The notes beneath the pieces were generated by a model. It saw only the letters and a list, made by a program, of their open reading frames with translations. It had not been told where the DNA came from and ran no database searches. From the human T2T-CHM13v2.0 reference genome, Homo sapiens, in assembly GCA_009914755.4 (NCBI GenBank), contig CP068257.2, positions 15,168,001-15,232,000 of the forward strand: DNA of 64,000 nt, read 5' to 3'. The first letter of the stretch is position 1. Each line of letters starts with the position of its first letter. The position numbers and the translations under genes are program-made. Of this stretch, positions 41,587-55,880 are shown in pieces.

Positions 41587-44500
41587 CAAATGTGTTGAGC
41601 ATATTTACATTTTTGTTACACAGATTTTCAGAGCTTTTTATCTTGCACATTTGAAAGTCCATACCCACAATTACATAAAATATCTTAAAGTTATAGCATT
41701 CTACTTTAAACCAAAAACATCCTACCTTTAATCACGTAAAATAACTCTACTCCTTTATGGTCTAACCCTCCACACTTTATGTTATTGATGTCACAAGTTA
41801 TGTCTTTATATGCTGTATACACATTAACATAGAGGTAAATTTTTTTTAATGTTTTTTACATTCAAATCCATATACCAAATTTACAATAGTACAGGTTAGT
41901 TAATATATTTGTCCATGTATTTACCTTTACCAGGCAACCTTATATTTTCATATGTTTCATGTTGCTATCTACTATCCTTTTATTTTTCACTTGAAGGACT
42001 GACTCCCTTTGGCATTTCTTGTAGAACAGATCTAATAATAATAAACTTTCTCAACTTTTGTTTAAAATCTTAATTTCTTCTTTACTGTGGAAGAACATTT
42101 TTCTAGATACATAGTCTTGGTTGACTTTTTTTTCTTCATCAGCATTTTAAATATATCTTTATCTTCTTTCTGGCTTGCAAAGTTTCTGCTGAAAAATCTG
42201 CCATTAATCTTATGGAAGATCCCTTGTATGTGATTAATCATTTTCTCTTGCTGCTTCTAAGATTCTCTTTGTTGTTGACTTTAGGTAGTTTGATTTATGT
42301 GTCTTGTTGTGGTTCTCTTTGAATTTATCTTTGAACTTCTTAAATCTGTATGTTCATTTCTTTCCTGATATTTGTAGAGTTTTCATGTTGTTCCTTCAAA
42401 TAAGCCCTCTGCCTTTTTCTCTTTCTCTTTTCCTTCTGGGATTTTCATAATGCATATGTTGATCTGCTTGATGGTGTCCATAACCATGAGTCCCTTGAGT
42501 TCTCTTCATTTTTCTTCACTGTTCTTTCTTTTTGCTTCTCTGACTCAATGATTTCAAATGACCTGTCTTGAAAGGCACTTATTTTTTTTCTGCTGTTGAA
42601 AACTCTGATTAATTTTTTCATTTAGTTACTGTATTTTTAGCTCCAGAATTTTGGATTCTTTTTGTAGTTTCTATTTCTTTGTTGATATTCACATTTTGCT
42701 CATGCTTTGTTTTCCTGAAACAAGATATTTTCATTTTGTTTTCATTTCAATTAAATAAAATTAGCGTCTATGTTCGTTTTAATTTAAGCATCTTCATGAG
42801 AGTTATTTTAAACTCTTTGTCAGGAAGCTCATAGATACCTGTTTTCTTAGGGTCCATTTCTGGAGTTTTATTTTGTTCCTTTGATTTGGCTATGTTTGTT
42901 TCCTTGAAAGATTTATAATTTTTTGATGAGATTTGAGCATCTGTAAAAATGATCAACTCACCCAGTCTTTGCATCCTGGCTTCCTGCAGTGGAAGACCTA
43001 CTCCAATCAGCCCAACTAGAGGAGCTAGGACCTCTTAAACTTTTTCCAATCTATTGCTCTTCCTGGCATCTGTCTGCAGAACTGCAACTGTAATATGCTG
43101 CACATCTCTGTCTTCAGCAGCTTCCAAACTCTGACACTGGTCCTGTCAGTGCTCCAAGTCATATAAGATAGAAATCAGTCTCTTTACCATCCTCCAGAAA
43201 AGCCAGAACATTGAGTGCAAGGTCTAGTCATTTGTTTCTAACCTGAGGGTCCAGCGCTAGTATGGGAGGTCTCCTCAGGGTTGCTTCCTACTGTGCCACA
43301 TAAGAGAAAGGGCACAGGCACAAATTGTGCACCAAATGTGGTAGATCTTTCTTGTCCTTTTGCTGGGACCCGTTCTTGGTTTTATAATGGTCTGGGTATT
43401 GCAGATTTTCAACTGCTCTCTAGACTTCTCACTAAAGTATTCTGGTCCATATATTATGACTAACATAGTGTCTCTGTGAGGGAAGGAGTGTCTGCTACTT
43501 TCTAGTCATCATTTTACTGATTATCACCTCAAGCTTTTTTTTTTTTTATACCAAATACTTGGTCAATAGGTTAACTCAATAGAAAATATATTTTAAAATG
43601 TTTTATATTCTTGTAACATGATATCACAAGTATCAAGTTTGGGAGAGGCTATAGTCAAAAACAGATCTCCAGTAAACATATGATGATTGAACACTAGTTA
43701 ATGTTGATATTAGCCACCTGAGCTCTTTGCAATATTCTTACAGTGAGTAAAATGATCTCTTCAGTAAAGTTATGTAAATGTCTTTTCAGTAAGGAAATAG
43801 AAAAGTTAGAATATTTTTTTAAATCCTTCAGGAAAGTACCAATAAGAAACAACTGAGAGGCAAAAAGTGACAGAGTATGGGAACAGAAACTTGATAAAGA
43901 AAACATGTTATAATAGAATTTTCTAAATTGTATAAGGAAGCATGGAATAATAGAGAGCCTTATCAGTGAGTAATATTCAATAAATCATTAAGCCATTCTG
44001 AGACTTACCTCATCTGTAGAGGAAAATATAGATATCTATTGGTTGACTATATGACAGTTCTATGAGGTTCAAAGGAAAAATGTGTGAAAATATTTGATAA
44101 ATTATCATACTCATTTTAATCACATGATCTCTGCACTTTCACTCTCTTCGTCTGTTAAATACAAAGTAGGCATTGAAATTCTCTGGTCTTCTCCCTGTCT
44201 TATCTTCCTCAAACTCGATTTGACAAAACCTTAAATCTGTAAAGAAGCCAGTGCTCCCTACTCACCTATTCTGTGGAAGAATTTTTCTGCTACTTACATG
44301 AAGCATTTAGTTTCAGATGTTCTAAAGGTCTTCAGGGAGCTTGTAGAGCGCAACCTTTTTGCAATGCTAAGTCTGGGACTATTCACAAATGTCAATTTGA
44401 GTTTCGGAGGCATTTTAGACAGATTAGCTATAAGCACAGTTTGACATTATTTGATACAATGGAATCAATTACAATTAGCTCTTACAAGACTGACTCTACT

Positions 44501-45968
44501 CAGTGCTACATGCTACCACTGAGGAACATTGAGGAGCACAAAATATTTATATCAGGTGACATAACATGGAATAAGCATAAGTAAAGGAAGTGGAGTAAAA
44601 AGCTAATCATTGCTGAAACTATTCTTTATGACGGTCCCTAAGAGAAGTTCTTAAGCTAGGTATTTTTGCAACTACTTTATAATGTAGGCATTCTAATATC
44701 CATATCACTGTACATGAAACCAATACTAGAAAAGATAAAATAATTCATACAAAGTTTGTAAAAGTAGTTAATAGAAAACCAAAGACTTGAACCCGTGTAT
44801 GTGTATCTTAATTATATTTATCTATATTTTAAAATGTAGATATGAATAGTTAAATTTTATAAATTGAATATTTCCCATTAAAAATAATTAGAAAGTTAGA
44901 GATAAAACAGATTTCAGACATGATAAAATTTATTCAAAAAAATAGTATCTTTGAAAATCACATTTAAAAGAGTTCTAATAACCATTTAACAACATTCAGT
45001 TGAATCGAATGTTAAGAAGAAAATACTTACTATTAAATATGAGAAACTGTGGTGTTTATCGGTAAGATCCACGAAGGAAGAAGTTGTAAAGAAAAATACT
45101 TTAACCGTGGAAAAAAAAAAACTTTAATGTCTATTATCGAATAGGGGCCGTAATTACTTTTGCAAAATAAAAAAACAAACAAGACTAGCTGTAGTGTAAA
45201 TGTAATCTGTATGCTTTTTAATGAAACAATTAAGTAGGTTGCCCATTTACAATTAGCCTGATTTTCTCCTGTGTGGTATTATGTGTACTTAACAACAGGA
45301 CCCAGTGGAAATTCACTCATTTAACAAAGTCTGCCTACATGGTTTCAAATATGGGCCTAACTTGAAAATTCAGTCATAATTAAATCTAAGGACTAAAACA
45401 AATCTGTATAAAAAGATTCTGCTAAATAAGGGAAAATTCAAGTCTAGGGCTACATTCTGAAAGATACTGAAGTAGAACCTCTGCAGCAAGACTAGGCTTG
45501 GAAAGTGCGGGGAGGAGGGAAAAGAAACAGATTAAACTTGATATGCAGTAAACATAAAGGAGCAATTTTGTTCAAAACACATAAATTTAGCAAGATCACC
45601 AGACTGCAAATAATTGTAATGGTTACAAACAAAAATATGTTTTTCATAGTTTTAGTGCAGAAAAATTAAATCCGTCTTTTTAGCTTGGATCATGAAATCC
45701 TAGCAACTTCATAAATGGTAGAATGATTTTAAAGGAAAGCTGTGTAGCTATGTATCACACACAGAACTAAATATGGATAAGCATCCCTTTTGTGTAGTTT
45801 TTGTTCATCCTGTGTAATTGTTTATTGTTTCTCTATCCCTCTCACATCCCTGGCTTTTGTTGTCCTTTTTATTCTTAATGAAATTTTAAGTACAAGTTCA
45901 CAATAGAGGGCTATTTTGAAAATAATTGTTCTGTTAGCAAATGATCTCTTGTAAAAATATTTATTTTT

Positions 45969-46251
45969 GGCCGGGCGCGGTGGCTCACGCCCGTAATCCC
46001 AGCACTTTGGGAGGCTGAGGCGGGTGGATCATGAGGTTGGGAGATCGAGACCATCCTGATTAACACGGTGAAACCCCGTCTCTACTGAAAATACAAAAAA
46101 TTAGCCGGGCGTCGTGGCGGGCACCTGTAACCCCAGCTACTTGGGAGGCTGAGGCAGGAGAATGGCGTGAACCCTCAGAGGCGGAGCTTGCAGTGAGCCG
46201 AGATCGCACCACTGCACTCCAGCCTGGGGGACAGAGCACAAGACTCCCACT

Positions 46252-46283
<32 letters not shown>
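45969..46283 (+). mobile_element. Alu SINE (AluY-like), full length with a poly-A of about 33 nt
   Basis: Near-consensus 'ggccgggcgcggtggctcacgcccgtaatcccagcactttgggaggctgaggcgggtggatcatgaggttgggagatcgagaccatcctg...gagcttgcagtgagccgagatcgcaccactgcactccagcctggggg' with a long pure A tail. Imperfect flanking direct repeat 'aaaat(a)tttatttt'. Confidence 0.9.
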
Positions 46284-46286
<3 letters not shown>

Positions 46287-46607
46287 ATTTTTTAACCTTA
46301 TGGTTGTGTAAAAAATGACTTTTTTTCAAACAACAAATCCTGATACCACTAGAGCATAAAAAGCAAACTTTTCAAATATAGAAGTATTCTCATTATTTGT
46401 TTTTCAATATAAAGAGGATAAGAAAATGTATAAAGTGATCTACTCCCATATGGCCTATAATGAAAACTTAGAATAAATAAAAATTAAATTGGGTAATAAA
46501 GGGCAGAAATGCACCATAAGTCAAGAAAAGGAAAAAATGTAAATAGGCTTTGTGAAATAAACCATATACAAATATCACTGAAAATTAATGATCCTTAGAA
46601 AGACTTA

Positions 46608-46889
46608 AGGGCTAGGTGCTGTGGCTCATGCCTGTAATCCCAGCACTTTGGGAGGCTGAGGCAGGCTGAATGTTTGAGCCTAGGAGTTTGAGACCAGCCT
46701 GGACAATATGGCGAACCCCGTCTCTACTAAAAATACAAAAAACTAGCTGGGAGTGGTGGCACACACCTGTAATCCTAGCTACTTGGGAAGTTGAGGTGAG
46801 AGGATAGCCTGAACCCGGGAAGTTGAGGTTGCAGTGAACCGGGATCATGCCACTGCACTCCCATCTAGGTGACAAGAGTGAGACCTTGG
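46608..46889 (+). mobile_element. Alu SINE (AluS-like), 3' end truncated with no poly-A, abutting an L1 fragment
   Basis: 'gggctaggtgctgtggctcatgcctgtaatcccagcactttgggaggctgaggcagg...gttgcagtgaaccgggatcatgccactgcactcccatctaggtgacaagagtgagacc' ends without a tail directly against L1 antisense sequence. Confidence 0.85.
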
Positions 46890-46890
46890 T

Positions 46891-47600
46891 CTTGTACCAT
46901 ATTTTTGCAATTGCAAATTGTGCTGCTATAAACATGTACGTCCAAGTATCTTTTTTGTTTAATGACGTATTTTCCTTTGGGTAGATACCTAGTAGTGGGA
47001 TTGCTGGAGCAAATGGTGGATCTACTTTTAGTTCTTTAAGGAATCTCCATTCTGTTTTCCATAGTGGTTGTATTATACTAGTTTACATTCCCACCAACAG
47101 TGTAAAAGTGTTCCCTTTTCACCATATCCATGCTAACATCTACTTTTTTTTTTTTAATTTTTCAGTTATGGCCATTCTTGTAGGAGTACGGTGTCGCATT
47201 GTGGTTTTGATTTGCATTTTCTTGATCATTAGTGATGTTGAGCACTTTTTCATATGTTTGTTGGCCATTTTTATATCTTCTTTTGAGAATTATCTATTCA
47301 TGTTCTTAGCCCACTTTTTGATGGGACTGTTTTTTCTTGCTAATTTGTTTGAGTTCTTTGTAGATTCTGGATATATTAGTCCTTGGTCAGATGTATAGAT
47401 TGTGAAGATTTTCTCCCACTCTGTGGGTTGTCTGTTAAATCTGCGGATTATTTCTTTTGCTGTGAAGAAACTTTTTAGTTTAATTAAGTCCCACCTATTT
47501 ATCTTTGTTTTTGTTGCGTTTGCTTTTGGGTTCTTGGTCATGAAGTCCTTGCCTAAGCCAATGTCTGGAAGGGTTTTTTCCAATGTTATCTTCTAGAATT
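46891..47600 (-). mobile_element. LINE-1 ORF2 C-terminal-domain region fragment (antisense on + strand), older primate/mammalian L1
   Basis: The nucleotide stretch is antisense to L1 ORF2 ('...agtagtgggattgctggagcaaatggtggatctacttttagttctttaaggaatctccattctgttttccatagtggttgt...ttacattcccaccaacagtgtaaaagtgttcc...'). The minus-strand ORF at 47290-47583 translates to '[63 protein letters not shown]...[11 protein letters not shown]', which is recognisably the L1 ORF2p segment '[91 protein letters not shown]'. Confidence 0.8.
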
Positions 47601-47745
47601 TTTAAAAAGATGACTAGACTGATGTCTCATACAACTAATTTTATTTTGATATTTTCTCATCAGCCAAGTTCAAAGTTCCATAGCTTTTTACATTTTCTAC
47701 CCATTAATGAAGTTGCCATTTAGTTTCCTGGATTACCTGCTTTCC

Positions 47746-47770
47746 TTTTCTTTTTTTTTTTTTTTTTTTT
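47746..47770. repeat. Poly-T mononucleotide run of about 20 T
   Basis: 'ttttctttttttttttttttttttt' read directly. Confidence 0.8.
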
Positions 47771-50700
47771 AATGTCCACCCTTCTTCAAAACGTGGTTCA
47801 AAAGTTAACACCTCACAGAAAAATTTTCTTCTTATTGTCTTCTGACATTTATCACTCTTTTACTGCATCTCAGTCTGCAACTTACTCTGTTCGTGGATGT
47901 TGGTCAATAAGTTTCTATAAGTGTGTGTGTGTCTGTATAAGTATACATATGAATATGCATGTGAGTGTTTTTACGAGCTTTTCAGGGGACTATTTCTACC
48001 GTTTTACCCCTACCTCCTAGAATAGGGCTCTAACACAAAGGAAAAGCTAAATAAATGTTACTAAACCACTGACTGCAGTAACAGTGATTTTAGTTATTAG
48101 GATAAAAACATAATTAGCACTTGTAGATCACATTAGGGCTTAACAAAAGCTTTCAGATATATCAGCTAATATGTTCATTATTTTATAATATATAGTTTAG
48201 TTTATCTGCTGACAATTAAAGTGTATAATAACAATGATTTGTATTTAGCTTTGAAGTGTGGGGATTTCTTTTGTATTTATGTATGAAGATATCCTGGGAA
48301 TTAATAACATTGCAAACTAATAATGGATTCTTTAACTAACCAGCTGAGCAATCCCATTATGCTTCTCTGCTTCAGACAGTTCTACTATGTACACCATCTA
48401 CCTCCATTCTGTTTTCTTATTTGAGTCAGATTTCTTTCCATCCTTGAGTAACAATAAAGATTTCAGTTTTAAAAAACTTGAACGAAAGCTATGCTGTAAA
48501 TATCCACACTCCCTTCTCTTCTACTCCTCCTAGGCTTTAGGCAGTAGGCAGAAGCATCAATGGAGAAGATAAGAAAATCAACACATTTACCCAAGTCTCA
48601 ATGGTGGCTATTGAAAGGCAATACTAATGTAGGCTTACCTGATAACAAAAGCTGGCATTTGATGAAGAAAAGATTAACAGATTGGGGTGCAGTTGGAGAA
48701 AATACTTTCTAAACTCAGCCTAAAGGCATTTCATGATTACTAATACATGTCATAGTATCCAGATCTTAAAGTAGTGTAACAATACCATTTTTAATGGTCC
48801 TTTGTTAAATGGGATAGAAAATTGTTTTTTAACAAATCTCTTTGTTTAACCCTAATTAAGAATAACAATAAATGTTTAAACCTTTCTCAAAAAGTATTGC
48901 TTAGAGAGAAAAAAGGAGCAGTGTTTATGTGTAGTTTAACAAATCACCTTAATAAATGTTATGTTGATGTACACAGACCCAGAGGCCAATCAGTAATGTT
49001 AGTTTAAAGTTGAATTCTTTATCATAAGAAAGTGAAAGAAATGTTGAGTCATGTCTCATCTCTTAACCCCACTCACTCTCAGAGAGTAGAGACAGTGGTT
49101 TTGAAAGAGGAAGACAGAACAGTGAATTTGGGTTCTCAGACGAAGAAAAGCTAACATATTTTAAAGAATGATAATATTTCACATTCACATTTTTCTTGAA
49201 GTTTTATTTTATTCTTGAATAGTTAATACATTCAAATGTTTTAAAATTCAGAATAATCTTACTATTTTATTTTCCAGTTTTTACACAAATGATAGAATAC
49301 TATCTATATTTACACTGAACTATATTATTATTTAATAGCAAATCTGGGAGTTCTTCATATATCAGTATATAAAAATTTACCTTATTCTTTTATATGACTG
49401 AATATGTATACTCTATTGTCTGTGAAGGGGCTTTACATTATTTTCAGTTTTCTGACCCTTGCAAAACAGTTACTCACTGAATAGCTGGATATACTTATTA
49501 TCTTGCCTATTAACACACTTAGGCATAACATAAAGTCTTAGAAGTGGAATTGTTGGGTCAAAAGCTATGCACCTTTTTAATTTTGGTAGATATTGACAAA
49601 TTCCTCTTTTAAAGAATTATGCCAATTTAAACCTTCACAAATAATATGTGAACTGCTTGGAGTTTTGTTGTTGTTGTTATTACATCTTCGCCGACACAAT
49701 GAATAATTAAGACGAGATCTTTGACAAACTTCTAGATGCAAGCAGTAAAATAGTATAATTTGTATTTATTAAATGACAAATGGTATTGAGAATGTTTTCA
49801 TATTTACCAAGTTTCAAAGTTTGTAGAGTTGATTTCCTGCTTGCTCAGACCTGTAAAATGGAAAAGTTCTTCCTTAACACCTTATTGCCTTTCTGGACTT
49901 TAACTACTTGCTAACCTCCATCCTACTTTCATATAACTTCACTCTTAGCACAACCCTCTTCCACCACACCAATCACTTCTGTCCTGAGGAATTCCAGAGA
50001 GAGGGAAAACCGTTGACACAGAAGTTTCTAGACACAAAGTGCCTACTGAGTAGGGTGAGGAGGGGAACTTATAAAGACTAAAATATGGAACTCTGTGCAG
50101 CTACTCTGGACATATTGATGTTGGTATACACATATAATATGGCCTTCTGAAATATAATCTGTGTTTTATTGTGTTAAAGGTTTGGCATTCCTATATTCAG
50201 AGATGTCTTTTCCTGGTTTGTTGACTTTAAGTATTTTTTGGTTGTTGCTGTTTTTACCATGTAGAATTTCCTCATGTTTCTGATGTGGAAAGTATAAGAA
50301 TATCAGCCAGAGAATCTTCTGTTATATAATAATCACTCTGATGATTTGTAGCAGAGTTTACTAAAGAACAAATGTTCACAGTATCAGGTTATGAGTAATA
50401 AAAGGCCTAGGTTTAGAATGGGCCTGCTTTCATTGTATTGCCGTAAATTATACTGTTTATGTGTAATATATCTGGTCAAGGTTATATTTATTTCTGAGCA
50501 ATCTCTAATAGATATTCCAAATTACTGAAGAGTTGGCTCATTCTCCATTAATAAGATGTTATTGAGCAACCTGTCTTTAGAGAAACTTATTTATTTGCTT
50601 GATGTATGGATGATGCAACCAGTTCAAGTGGCAGAAAGAGTATATTAATACAAAATCATTACAACATATCACCTACTGATTTGTTAAGAGGTCCAAGTTT

Positions 50701-53700
50701 TCTTAAACTAAAAGGAAGTAATTCCTTGTGGTTTATCTTGCTTTTAGAGTCTGTTGTTGTCTGAGTTTAAGTCATCTATCACCATGTCCGTTTTAAAAGC
50801 AGAGGCTTTTAAAAGGTCTGATGATAAATGTCTAATATTGATATTTAGAATATAAAGCTAAGAATATAATATCCTTTGCCTAGCTCATTTTTTAATAATT
50901 GCACAATGCATGCATCCAAGTAAAACCTAATTATAGCTTCTACCCTCATTTTCCAAGGTTTTTCTAGCATGAAATATAACCTGACTATTTATCCAAGCTA
51001 AGTGATCCAACACATTATTAGACCAGAGTCCTCTTCAGGTGCAGGGCGCCTTGTTTTCACACCGGTCTCAAATGTCTAATGCTGTGTTAACAAAGACTGA
51101 ACATTTGAAGATTGAAATAATTATGGTGTCTCAGATTGAGAAATACGAAATATAAACAAACTCTCTGACTATGCATTATACTGATAATACAACAACTCTA
51201 CAGAGATTTTCACTAAATACTCATTACATTTTACATATTATTATTCATTCCAGAATATTTCTACCTTGTAATAAAAAGCATTTAAATAATATTCTGTGTG
51301 AACAAGACTGATTTATCAGTAATTTCCTAGTTACAGTGGTAAAATTTTAAAAGGGGGCTTTAAAAAAAACCAGGGGTGCTTTAGATGGTGATCCTTTAAA
51401 TAAAGACTATAATTCACAGACAATGACAAAGACACAAGTTAGCTTTAAATCCTCCATGCTTTTTAAGACCAAGTAGTGAAGAAATTTATTACAGCTCAAG
51501 AAAAGAGTTAAGGGCAACAATAATATCTTGCTACTCCAGGTAAGAAAATACAAATTTTAATGACAGAGAAGACTGGTGACCATTGTCACCAAATGTGTAC
51601 TTTCCAGAAAGCACAATTATTTCATGTATAGATCTTGGAGACACAGAACTTCATTATAACCTAAGAGGATCCCTCCTAAGAACAGGTATATAAGAACAGG
51701 TATATAGAAATAAGTACCTAAATTACACCCAATATTGAACTACGATTTTTGTCTTTATTTATGTATAAAATAAGTAAAATGATACTTTTTAGTACCAACA
51801 CTAATATGGATAATTTGATTTAACTTATGAGAAAATACCTCACTGGCTGTTCAACTTTAAAATTCAGAAGAAAAACAAAACTCACTGGCCAGATAAGACA
51901 CTTAATAATATTTGGGGACTAATTATGGCATAGAAATTGTCAGTGGAGTTAAGAGTGAAAAATAGAAAACTTATATGCAGTTTAAACATTATTCCTTGAG
52001 TTGACTTATCCTTTAGCTTGTCTTTTGTTATAGTTTGCTGCAAATTTCGGATCTATATCTTAAATTCCTAGTTTTTTAAATAATGAAATAAGCTTATCAA
52101 GATCTCTTAAAATTCACACTAGTATATAGTGTGTAAATTTGAATTTAGTTGTCTTTTTTAACCCAAGGATGACCATGTTATGTGCAGAGGGTCATGTGAT
52201 TGTCCCAAACTAACTATCAAGTTATTCTGGAGTGTCCCATAAATATTTTTTAATAAATACATTTTTCATGCTTTCATGCTTAATTGTACGCACTAAATAA
52301 CTCATAGTAGTTTTCCTAAACTGACCTGGAAACATATAGCATCTTGATCCATGCTTTCCTTATTAAACATTTATTTATACTAGGGACATGTCAAGGACAC
52401 AAAATTCCTTTCTCACAGAAACAAAAACCACATCCAGATGGCCAAAGTCTCTTCCAGGTGAATAGGGTTAGCAGAAACACAGATGAACCATAAGAACAAA
52501 ATAGTGTCAATAATTTGTCAAAAGAAATCCTCTATAAAATAATTAAAAGAGGCCTGGGAAATCAGCAGAACCTACCTGATGTGTCTTTCCCTTGTTCCTG
52601 ATGTTTGGCCAGCTTTTTGGCTGTTGGAAGTACCAGGTCTCTTGTTTCCAAAGAGCTGCCTGTGTTGGCCTGTCTTTCAGACTATCATGTTACAAAATCT
52701 GAAGTTCTGTTGCAATAAACACCAGATTTCAAAGGAAAAGCAATGGAAATTGTGCAGATTAAACTTCATTTTTATAGCAACAGTCAGTAGTACATAACTA
52801 TGTGTCTAAACAATGCTTCCTCTTCCAATATAATATTAGATTGAGAAAGACACTGATTTTGAGGGTGCATTCAGAAAAATATATATATGTTTAGGTTTGG
52901 GGGGAAAAAGGTTGTCTTTCTTAGAAACACAATAAATTTATCCTTTGAATCCCTCCTGAATCAACCATATGCAAACAGATAACTTTAGAACTGTGTTATT
53001 CTAGAGTAAGCCTCAGCCAAGTGTAGTTGAAAAGTGGTTGGGCATAATGAGGGCAACCCTGACACAAACATAGACAATATGCTTCCCGAGAAAAAGAATT
53101 TTAAAAAAGAAAAAACAAAAAAAAAAACAAAGTCAAATGAGAGCACAATATTTCAGGAGTAACTCTTTTCTCTTGATGCTCATTTAATTTGAAATTAGTT
53201 ACAGGGACCTCAAATAACAGTACCTCAAGAATTACTTTTTTTGATCTTTCAAGGACATTGCCATTAGCACTATAGTGTCTGTAACCTTCAAGGTTCAGGG
53301 GATAATGTTTAAAGAAGACTATGAAGTTAAAATATCAAAAAGTCAAGAATATGCTCATAAGCTACTGAGAAAACCCATAAGAACATGGCCAGGGTACCAA
53401 GGAAACTGTATCTTCTTTTTGGGGGGTAGAAGGTATCCTTTACATTTTAACTCACTATTTTTTGTCTTAGCCTCTTTTCATTCCTTCTTGGCTTTATAGG
53501 GCCAGTGCTCTCACGATGTAATTGCTATAGAAGTGAAATCTCTCAGATACCTATCATAACAGAATGGTAGAGTTATAATTTCAGTGCACATATTTTACAG
53601 ATGAGAAAGCTGAAGCTCGATAAAGTTGTGATTTGTCCCAAAGTGATAGCTAGCTGTGTCAAAATGGAGGGAAAAGTCCAGTTCTCCTCATTATCAGGAA

Positions 53701-54545
53701 AGAGCATCTTTTCTAGTGTACTGTGATTAAACTTTCCTGGGTAAATATCTCTTAAATAGTCTAACATTAGATACATTGGAATGGAAGACATGGCAAAATT
53801 AAAACTAAGGTTATAACAAATGATACAGATAAATTGGAGACTTGGCTGAGTCAATGCCGAATAGTATATATGGTGGTTGATGGGGTGTTGACATTCTTTC
53901 TAACAGCAAATGTTTATCTGGTGTTGCTGGCTGAAACTGCATTTAGCATGGCTGAATTTACTTGGAATATGATTCCTGTAGAAATGATCTTAAGCCTTCG
54001 CACAACAGTTGCGCTAGAGAAAATTCATTCACAAACACTGGTCAATATAGATATCATGTGGGTAAGATGTATTTTCCTTCAGAATTCACTCTCTCGATTT
54101 TTCTTTTTGCACTACTGGCCATGACTAATTTTTCATAACCTTTGGGACTGATGATGTTACTTTGATATTTTGTCTATTTTTCTACTCCTCATGAGACTAG
54201 CAAAACTATTTGATATATTTATTCCTGCTAGAATGTCATCCCAGGGATCCCCTATTGAACTTCTGTGCCTTCCCCTTTCCCCAGTATAAGGCCAACCACA
54301 TGGAAGTGGGTTGTGTTGGAGAGTTGGGGTGTTTGAGTGTGCATGGAGATCAACCACAAGGATACCTGCAGGATAATGCAAAAGTAGACCAAAACATCAG
54401 CCAACTGTTACAATAGGATGGCAATCACTATGGCTAGTTTAAAAAAATAGAAAAAAAAATGGTTTTGGTTCTTTTCCTCTAGACCAAAAATAAAATGTTA
54501 GGATAATTGGACAGTTAAAAGCTATAAAATGTTAAGACTCATTCA

Positions 54546-54936
<391 letters not shown>

Positions 54937-55544
54937 TCATAGACATATAAGCCTTTAATCTTGTGTTTACCATTAGAGTGAATAAAGAAACCATGGTTTA
55001 TTTTTGCATAATTTATAAATACCAATTTTGTGACATTTATTAATTTAGTTATTAATTTAAAATAAGAACATATTTTTATATTGCCAAACTGTTAATAAAA
55101 TGAGTCCCTGTTATAAAAAGATCACAAAACATGAGTTGATATTCCAGTTAAGAGAAAATTCAATTAAATGATCAAAATATTTCTCTGGCAAAGGTAGTGT
55201 CCACCCTGAGGTGAGTCCCTCTTAATGGAACCATGGTAAATGACTTCCTTTTCAACTCAAACGTAGTCCCTCTTACCTATCAAATGGATAATGTCATATT
55301 TTATAGTCATGAATTTGTGTTTGCATTGTCATTTAGAAAGGATTATCAAATCATACATAGCTCCAAATTAAAATTGGCCACAACCCAGGGACACTGCAAG
55401 ACAGAGGCAAACATGTTAGCTCACCACAATGTAATATAACTCCTATAGTTCTGAAATATTCAAGGGATTGTGTACTTCCCCAATAAATAGAATAATAAAT
55501 CAGTAAGTAGAATAACACTTTGAGATCAGTGCCAAAATAATATG

Positions 55545-55880
55545 TATTAGTTTAACTTAAGAAAAGTTCAAATTCAGAAAGACAAATTTGTATGTCCTCA
55601 CTTCTATGTGGAAGCTAAAAATACGGAACTCGCAGAAGCAGAAAGTAGAATGATGGTTACCAGAGGCTGAGGGTGGGGAAAGGGAAGACGATGATCAAAG
55701 AATATAATGTTTCAACTAGATGGGAGGAATCAATGATAGTGTTTGAGGTGATGGATATTAATTAGCTTGAGCCAATCATTCCACATTGTATACATATATC
55801 ACAGCATCATTTTTTACCTTATGTTTTTACCTTACAGTTATAACTTGCCAATATCCAATTAAAAAGTTTAAAAAATATAT
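55545..55880 (+). mobile_element. Ancient LINE-1 (L1M-class) 3'-end fragment with an internal deletion
   Basis: 'aaagacaaatttgtatgtcctcacttctatgtggaagctaaaaatacggaactcgcagaagcagaaagtagaatgatggttaccagaggctgagggtgggg...tgaggtgatggatattaattagcttgagccaatcattccacattgtatacatatatcacagcatca' parallels the L1M 3' consensus 'aaagacaaatactgcatgatctcacttatatgtggaatctaaaaaagtcgaactcatagaagcagagagtagaatggtggttaccagaggctggggg...tgaggtgatggatgtgttaattagcttgattgtggtaatcatttcacaatgtatacgtatatcaaatcatca'. Confidence 0.55.

Noticed and set aside
47108-47596. ORFs 47108-47398(+), 47290-47583(-) and 47402-47596(+), possible host coding sequence
   Set aside because: They sit in an L1 ORF2 fragment. The minus-strand one is a recognisable piece of L1 ORF2p; the plus-strand ones are antisense read-through. 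These are retrotransposon relics with broken frames, not cellular genes. The same applies to 62607-62822(+) and 63090-63284(-) inside the terminal L1.
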